DNA of 62,323 nucleotides from a virus (taxonomy: Duplodnaviria; Caudoviricetes), in the IMG/VR virus record IMGVR_UViG_3300032174_000007, positions 1 through 62,323 of that record; one strand, given 5' to 3'. Position numbers and translations under genes: made by a program. The notes beneath the pieces were generated by a model that worked only from the letters and a program-made list of their open reading frames with translations, was not told the origin of the DNA and searched no databases. Each line of letters starts with the position of its first letter. The stretch's first letter is position 1. Of the stretch, positions 57,889-62,323 are shown in pieces.

Positions 57889-60492
57889 CTACTGGCTCAT
57901 CGGCAATTGAGGTGTCGGTGCTGGCGGCGGCGGTCCCCATTTCGCCCATCCCCTGGCAACAGCAATCTCCTGCGCCTGTGCCTTGCTGACTTGTCCAGCA
58001 TGATAGGCATTCACAAGACTTGGAAGATCGCGCACGGTCTTGGGATCAAATGCTGGCTGTGCTCCCGGTTGCGTAGCCCCCGGCGCGCCCCACCATTGCG
58101 ATGGCCGCAGGAAGGACGGAATGCCGAGGCTGAATCCGCTCGATGGCGCCGCAGCTGGCGGTTGATCCTGCATCACGTCGGAAAACCACGTAGCCGGATC
58201 GCGCACGAAGCTTGGAATGGCCTTGCCCAGATAATCCGGGCTGTCGGGATTGAGCAGTTGTGCCGGTGACTTGCCGGCCCGCTTGCCGGCCTCGTAGGCC
58301 GGGAAGAAATTGGCCTGAAACTTGAGAAACTGTTCCTCGCCTTTTGGATCCTTGAGGCCAATACCCTCATCCTGCCCGGTGATCTGCTTCCTCGCATTGA
58401 GCAGGAACTGCTTGCGCATGTCGGATTCCGCTTCGCCACCCGGCAACTGCTTGTCCTGCAATTCCTTCGCAAGCTCCTTTGCCCCCGCGAGCGTGAGGTC
58501 ACCGCCCGGCCCGGCGCGCCGGTAAATCTGAGTCGCGTCGGTGATCCGCGCCTCATCGCCAGGTGGAGCGTGAATAGCCGTGTACGCGCCCCAGAAGCCC
58601 TTGCCATAGGTCGCGGCCTCTTTCTCCACATCGGATCCGGAGTGCTTCTCGGCCAAGTCCCACAGGATAGTCCGCGATTCCGGCGTTAACGACTGATCGT
58701 TGGCGATCTGGTCGATGATGCCTTTCATGTCGCCCTTCATCATGCGGGTGACATAGCCGTCGCGGGCTTGCTCGCTGGCTTCCTTGCGCGCCTTGGCGGT
58801 CGCATCGGCGGCGACTTGTGCGGCGGTCACGGCCTGGTTGATGACGGTCAGCGCCCGCTCGCGCGCCTCTGGGGTGGCGTTTTCCCAATCGGGATGGTTC
58901 ATGACCGTCTGGTAGGCGGATTGCTTGATGCCTTGTGCGGTTGTCGTTGGGACGGGGGGCTGGCCCGCTCCTGTCGGCGGCGTGATCACATCGCCACCCG
59001 TCGCGACGACTGGGGTCGCCGCCATCGCGCCCTGCTCGCCGCCCATCTTGGTTTGATAGATGCCGACGAGTTGCCGCGAGGTCACAAAGTCCACTGCGGC
59101 CTTCTGCGTGGCCGAAAGGTCGCTCCAGCGCCGCGCAACAGTGAGACCTAAGCGCGCTTTATCCTGATCGGGAATGTTGCCCCAGATCGCTTGGCGGCTC
59201 CAATCGAGGCCCTTCTGGCGGCCCTCGCCGGTCGTCGCCATGTTCTGCGCCGCGGAGCCACCAGGGTTTGCAAGATGCGCATCGTAACCGGCGGCACCCT
59301 GCTGATGGATCATGTAGATGTCGGTCGGCGTGGCAGGGCGACCGTGGGCCGCTTGGAACGCTTGCTGCTCGGCCTGTAGTTTCTTCGCCGCCGCACGCGC
59401 ATTGTCGAGCGGGTTGTGGATGTCGCCGCCGCCGTAGCGGTCGAATTCAGATTGCGAGAGTTGGAACAGTCCCTTGTAGCTTCCGGTATCGGATTCAAAG
59501 CCGGGACGGCCGCCGCTTTCGATGTGGGCAATCTGCGTGAGGAGCCGCGCATCAAGCCCGCTTTCCGAGGCCGCTTGGCTGATCGCCTGTTGGACCGGCC
59601 CACTCATCTTCGGTGCGCCGGCTGCCATCCCTCCCGCAGCCGTCTGGCCGATCGCCCACTGGCCCATAGCATCGCCGACGCGCTGCGTCTTGTGGGCCGC
59701 AAGCATCCCCTCGATCTGCACGGCAGAGGTAGGGTCGATCTGACCTTGATACTTCTTGAACAAGTCCTCTGCCACACCGTGAGGATCGCCCTGCGCAAGG
59801 CTCGTTCTGATCGCCTCTTTCACATAGACGCCGGTGAACTTGTCGGTTCTCTGTTTGATGACGGCAGCCCCATCCGGCGTAGTGTGATCGAAGCCTTCGG
59901 CTTCTGCCTGGTTAACAACCTCCATCCGGCCGTTGGTGATGTGATCGAAGAAACCTTGCGGGTCCGTCTGGCTCCAGGAGAACAACGCCTGACTGCCGCG
60001 GCTTTCCACGTTGGCGGCGGCGACAGTGCGAAAATATTGCTTCTGCGCATCAAGTGCGCGCTCGCTCCCGTACCACAGATAACGATCCGTTTGGCTCGAC
60101 AGCGCTGGCGCCAGCCGCTGCTTCTCCTGCAAGCTCGGCGCCAGCGCCATGTATTTTGCATTGAGGGCGGCGAGATCATCCTTGAGCTTCGGCAGGGCGA
60201 GCATTCGCGCCTGTCCTTCGAGCGCGGTGAAGTTGGTGAACAGGTCGGTTGCTTCTCTGCCGTGTGAGGTCAAAAGTTGTGAGGAGTGAACATCATTTAT
60301 ACGCTCTTGCGCCTGTGTCGCGTAGTCGATCGCCGCAACGCCGGCCTTCTCCAATCCAGTGCCGAATTCCTTCTCGGCCTGCGCTGGAAAGCCGCCGAAC
60401 ATCTCGGGCGAGGTGCGGATATTCTCGAAGTCCCCACCAGGGGCACCCGTGGGGTTTACGGTTGGGATTTGGGCGTCGAGGATGTGAGGCAT
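57889..60492 (-). CDS. Internal virion protein with lytic transglycosylase-like domain
   Basis: IAHIESGG..YKGLFQLS..Y.IHQQG. Confidence 0.8.
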   Translation of the reverse strand: MPHILDAQIPTVNPTGAPGGDFENIRTSPEMFGGFPAQAEKEFGTGLEKAGVAAIDYATQAQERINDVHSSQLLTSHGREATDLFTNFTALEGQARMLALPKLKDDLAALNAKYMALAPSLQEKQRLAPALSSQTDRYLWYGSERALDAQKQYFRTVAAANVESRGSQALFSWSQTDPQGFFDHITNGRMEVVNQAEAEGFDHTTPDGAAVIKQRTDKFTGVYVKEAIRTSLAQGDPHGVAEDLFKKYQGQIDPTSAVQIEGMLAAHKTQRVGDAMGQWAIGQTAAGGMAAGAPKMSGPVQQAISQAASESGLDARLLTQIAHIESGGRPGFESDTGSYKGLFQLSQSEFDRYGGGDIHNPLDNARAAAKKLQAEQQAFQAAHGRPATPTDIYMIHQQGAAGYDAHLANPGGSAAQNMATTGEGRQKGLDWSRQAIWGNIPDQDKARLGLTVARRWSDLSATQKAAVDFVTSRQLVGIYQTKMGGEQGAMAATPVVATGGDVITPPTGAGQPPVPTTTAQGIKQSAYQTVMNHPDWENATPEARERALTVINQAVTAAQVAADATAKARKEASEQARDGYVTRMMKGDMKGIIDQIANDQSLTPESRTILWDLAEKHSGSDVEKEAATYGKGFWGAYTAIHAPPGDEARITDATQIYRRAGPGGDLTLAGAKELAKELQDKQLPGGEAESDMRKQFLLNARKQITGQDEGIGLKDPKGEEQFLKFQANFFPAYEAGKRAGKSPAQLLNPDSPDYLGKAIPSFVRDPATWFSDVMQDQPPAAAPSSGFSLGIPSFLRPSQWWGAPGATQPGAQPAFDPKTVRDLPSLVNAYHAGQVSKAQAQEIAVARGWAKWGPPPPAPTPQLPMSQ

Positions 60493-60719
60493 GTAAACTC
60501 TGCTTGCGGGTGGCCCGTCTCGTCGAGCACCACATCATTTTCGTACGGAATATCGCCGATTGAACATGTGAGTTCACCACTCAAAGAGGCAGTAACAAGA
60601 GCCTTCAGGCGCCGAACCGCTTCCTCAGGCGATCTTGCTCGAATGTCGAAGGAGCAACCCTCACCTTCGAACTCGTAACCGCACATATAGTTGTGCCAGC
60701 CTTTTCTGGGGTATTTCAT
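60456..60719 (-). CDS. Moron between duplicated gene starts
   Basis: Lower GC; YEFEG..FDIRARSPEEA..RL. Confidence 0.6.
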   Translation of the reverse strand: MKYPRKGWHNYMCGYEFEGEGCSFDIRARSPEEAVRRLKALVTASLSGELTCSIGDIPYENDVVLDETGHPQAEFTCLTSSTPKSQP

Positions 60720-60802
60720 TTCATAATCTGCTCGAAGTCCCCGCCGGGGGCACCGGCGGGAGCTACTGTCGGGAGTTGCGCGTCGAGGATGTGGGGAGCC
60801 AT
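60716..60802 (-). pseudogene. Displaced duplicate 5' end of the 867-aa virion gene
   Basis: MAPHILDAQLPTVAPAGAPGGDFEQIMK* versus MPHILDAQIPTVNPTGAPGGDFENI. Confidence 0.85.
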
Positions 60803-60805
60803 GTT

Positions 60806-61121
60806 AGATTTGGATCAAGGCTTGGCTTGCGTGTTTGTTTGCTCTGAGCGGTCAGGAAACATCTGTATTTTGAGGCAATTCTGGCAGCCTCATCCAATGT
60901 GTAGGCTCAAAACAAACTGTGTCGCTTGAATGTGCGTGACGCCATCCAGAAACAACACCTAGGCGGTAGGCTGTCACACAAAATTTCTCTCCCAAACAAG
61001 CAAGTAAAACAGTTTTACAAAACGGCGCCGTCTCGATTTCTTGCCAGCCTGTCTCAGCAAAGAGCATGCGATCACCAGTCGTGATCGGGCGTTTTGCCGT
61101 GTCGGTTATTGTCCCGAATCT
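60806..61121 (-). mobile_element. L/R cassette with DUF551-like cargo (60852..61067)
   Basis: L AGATTCGGGACAATAACCGACACGGCAAAACGCCCG..ACTGGTGATCG; R CCTGACCGCTCAGAG..TTGATCCAAATCT. Confidence 0.88.
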
Positions 61122-61351
61122 TTCCAACCAAGAATGATATCCCGAACCTGTGATATACCCCAATTATCGTCGGCAGCATCACCTGAGCCACCACAGGCTA
61201 TCGTCTCTGCGTCATATGATTTTTCGCAAGCGCGAAGGATCGCCATCCGGTGATGATACAAGATGCGTTCCATACTCTGCTTATCAAGCGCCTGTACTTC
61301 TGCGCTCGTACCCCGACCACGCAATTCGGAGAGCGAGATTTTCTCAGCCAT
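61106..61351 (-). CDS. Hypothetical protein ending in a cassette L end
   Basis: GAGG RBS; stops at GGA CAA TAA. Confidence 0.6.
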   Translation of the reverse strand: MAEKISLSELRGRGTSAEVQALDKQSMERILYHHRMAILRACEKSYDAETIACGGSGDAADDNWGISQVRDIILGWKDSGQ

Positions 61352-61362
61352 GCAACCTCTTC

Positions 61363-61932
61363 CTACCCCGTAAATCCAACACTAGGATTCGGCGCTTGCG
61401 TTGCGCTGCTCTGCAAATATTTCCCATAGGAGCCGAGCGTGCTGGACGCCCCCGAGAGCAGCGAGCCGGTCGCCGCCCAAGGTGCCGCATCGGACGCCTG
61501 TTGCGATTCCTGCGTGAGCAATCCCGACTCGGCCTGAAAGCCCGTCGCCTGCACCAGATCGGCATAGCCTTTCTTCGATGCGTTCGACCGGATGGTGAGC
61601 GCATCGAGCGCGCCCAATTCCGCCTCGCCCTGGCGCACCGCAACGGTCGAGCCGGTATTCACATCCACCCCGGAGGCACCCTGCCCGGCCTTGGTGGCGC
61701 CCACCATGGCGCGGGTTTGGAGGCCCTGGTTCCCCGCCTGGACCTCCCCCGAGGCAATGTCCATGCCCTGGTTCTGCAGCGCAATCTTGGCGTTGTTGGC
61801 TGCCACCTGGGCCTGGTAGGCGGCGTTGGCGGATTGGGCTTGCAGAGAGCCATATTGACCGGCAGCCGACACGCCAGCACCGGCGATGCCGGTGATGATT
61901 CCTATGGTCGCCAGTGTGATAGGATCAGCCAT
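61363..61932 (-). CDS. Internal virion protein (T7 gp14-like)
   Basis: Gly/Ala-rich; ASGVDVNTGS..LDALTIRSNA. Confidence 0.8.
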   Translation of the reverse strand: MADPITLATIGIITGIAGAGVSAAGQYGSLQAQSANAAYQAQVAANNAKIALQNQGMDIASGEVQAGNQGLQTRAMVGATKAGQGASGVDVNTGSTVAVRQGEAELGALDALTIRSNASKKGYADLVQATGFQAESGLLTQESQQASDAAPWAATGSLLSGASSTLGSYGKYLQSSATQAPNPSVGFTG

Positions 61933-62323
61933 TACCGATGGGCGCTCCGATCGCAATTGGCCGTGTCATGTGAAACCGCCGATAGGCTACGCCGTTCTGG
62001 TTGATGATCGGCTCGTCGATCTCAAATCCAACGAGCCTCACAACCCGCACGGCTTTCTCATAAGAGGCGAGTACGTAGTTTTCCAACCTCGGCTTGACCA
62101 CGAGCATCCGACGCACTGCCGCCATCGCTTCGCGCACCACGGCGAATGGCACCCTCTCTACAGCCGGTGACGTGAGCAGCCAAGGTCGCCCAACATCGCC
62201 AAGCATGCTCAAACCATCCACAAAGCCGACCGTCATACCCCAAATGGCAGCCACCGTGCCATCCACAATCGCAGTCTGGCACATGATGCTGTTGCGATAT
62301 CCGCGCCAGAGTGACCTTTTCAC
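61925..62323 (-). CDS. 3' part of GNAT/T7-gp13-like virion protein
   Basis: G.PWLLTS..LENYV..Y.KAVR..GF; open at window edge. Confidence 0.8.
   Translation of the reverse strand: MKRSLWRGYRNSIMCQTAIVDGTVAAIWGMTVGFVDGLSMLGDVGRPWLLTSPAVERVPFAVVREAMAAVRRMLVVKPRLENYVLASYEKAVRVVRLVGFEIDEPIINQNGVAYRRFHMTRPIAIGAPIGNG

Larger units (their letters stand above)
57047..57890 (-). mobile_element. L/R cassette with two cargo genes
   Basis: L AGGATTTTGGGACAATGAGCGCTCTGGAAGCCTGACTGGTGATCAGAGG; R CCTGACCGCTCAGAG..AAGCCTTGATCCAAATG. Confidence 0.88.

Overview
The window looks like an essentially complete, circularly permuted ~62.3 kb podovirus-type phage genome (BPP-1/epsilon15/APSE-like head and tail module). 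GcrA and an Omp25-type porin point to an alphaproteobacterial host. One GNAT-like virion gene is split across the two window ends. Recognisable genes include a split large terminase, portal, scaffold, capsid, cement and staple proteins, tail tubular A/B, ejection proteins (one a 2.5k-aa polyvalent protein), a GH25 endolysin, a replication initiator, a NusG paralog, three DNA methyltransferases, a Mom-like protein, and an intact IS1595-family element with a passenger gene. No integrase or DNA polymerase was recognised. Three unusual systems stand out. (1) About 14 copies of a dispersed cassette family have conserved left (..ATTT.GGACAA..CCGCTC..ACTGGTGATC) and right (CCTGACCGCTC..AAGCCTTGATCCAAAT) ends. 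They sit at gene junctions, run with local transcription, and carry 0-2 variable cargo genes. (2) About 8 tail-region proteins, including the T7-gp17-type tail fibre, have Sec-type signal peptides and even cysteine counts, suggesting periplasmic folding of virion appendages. (3) A cluster of small head-region proteins, including a HiPIP-type Fe-S protein, shares an R(W/F)YG motif with the scaffold and staple proteins. All family assignments come from motif recognition only; no database searches were run.
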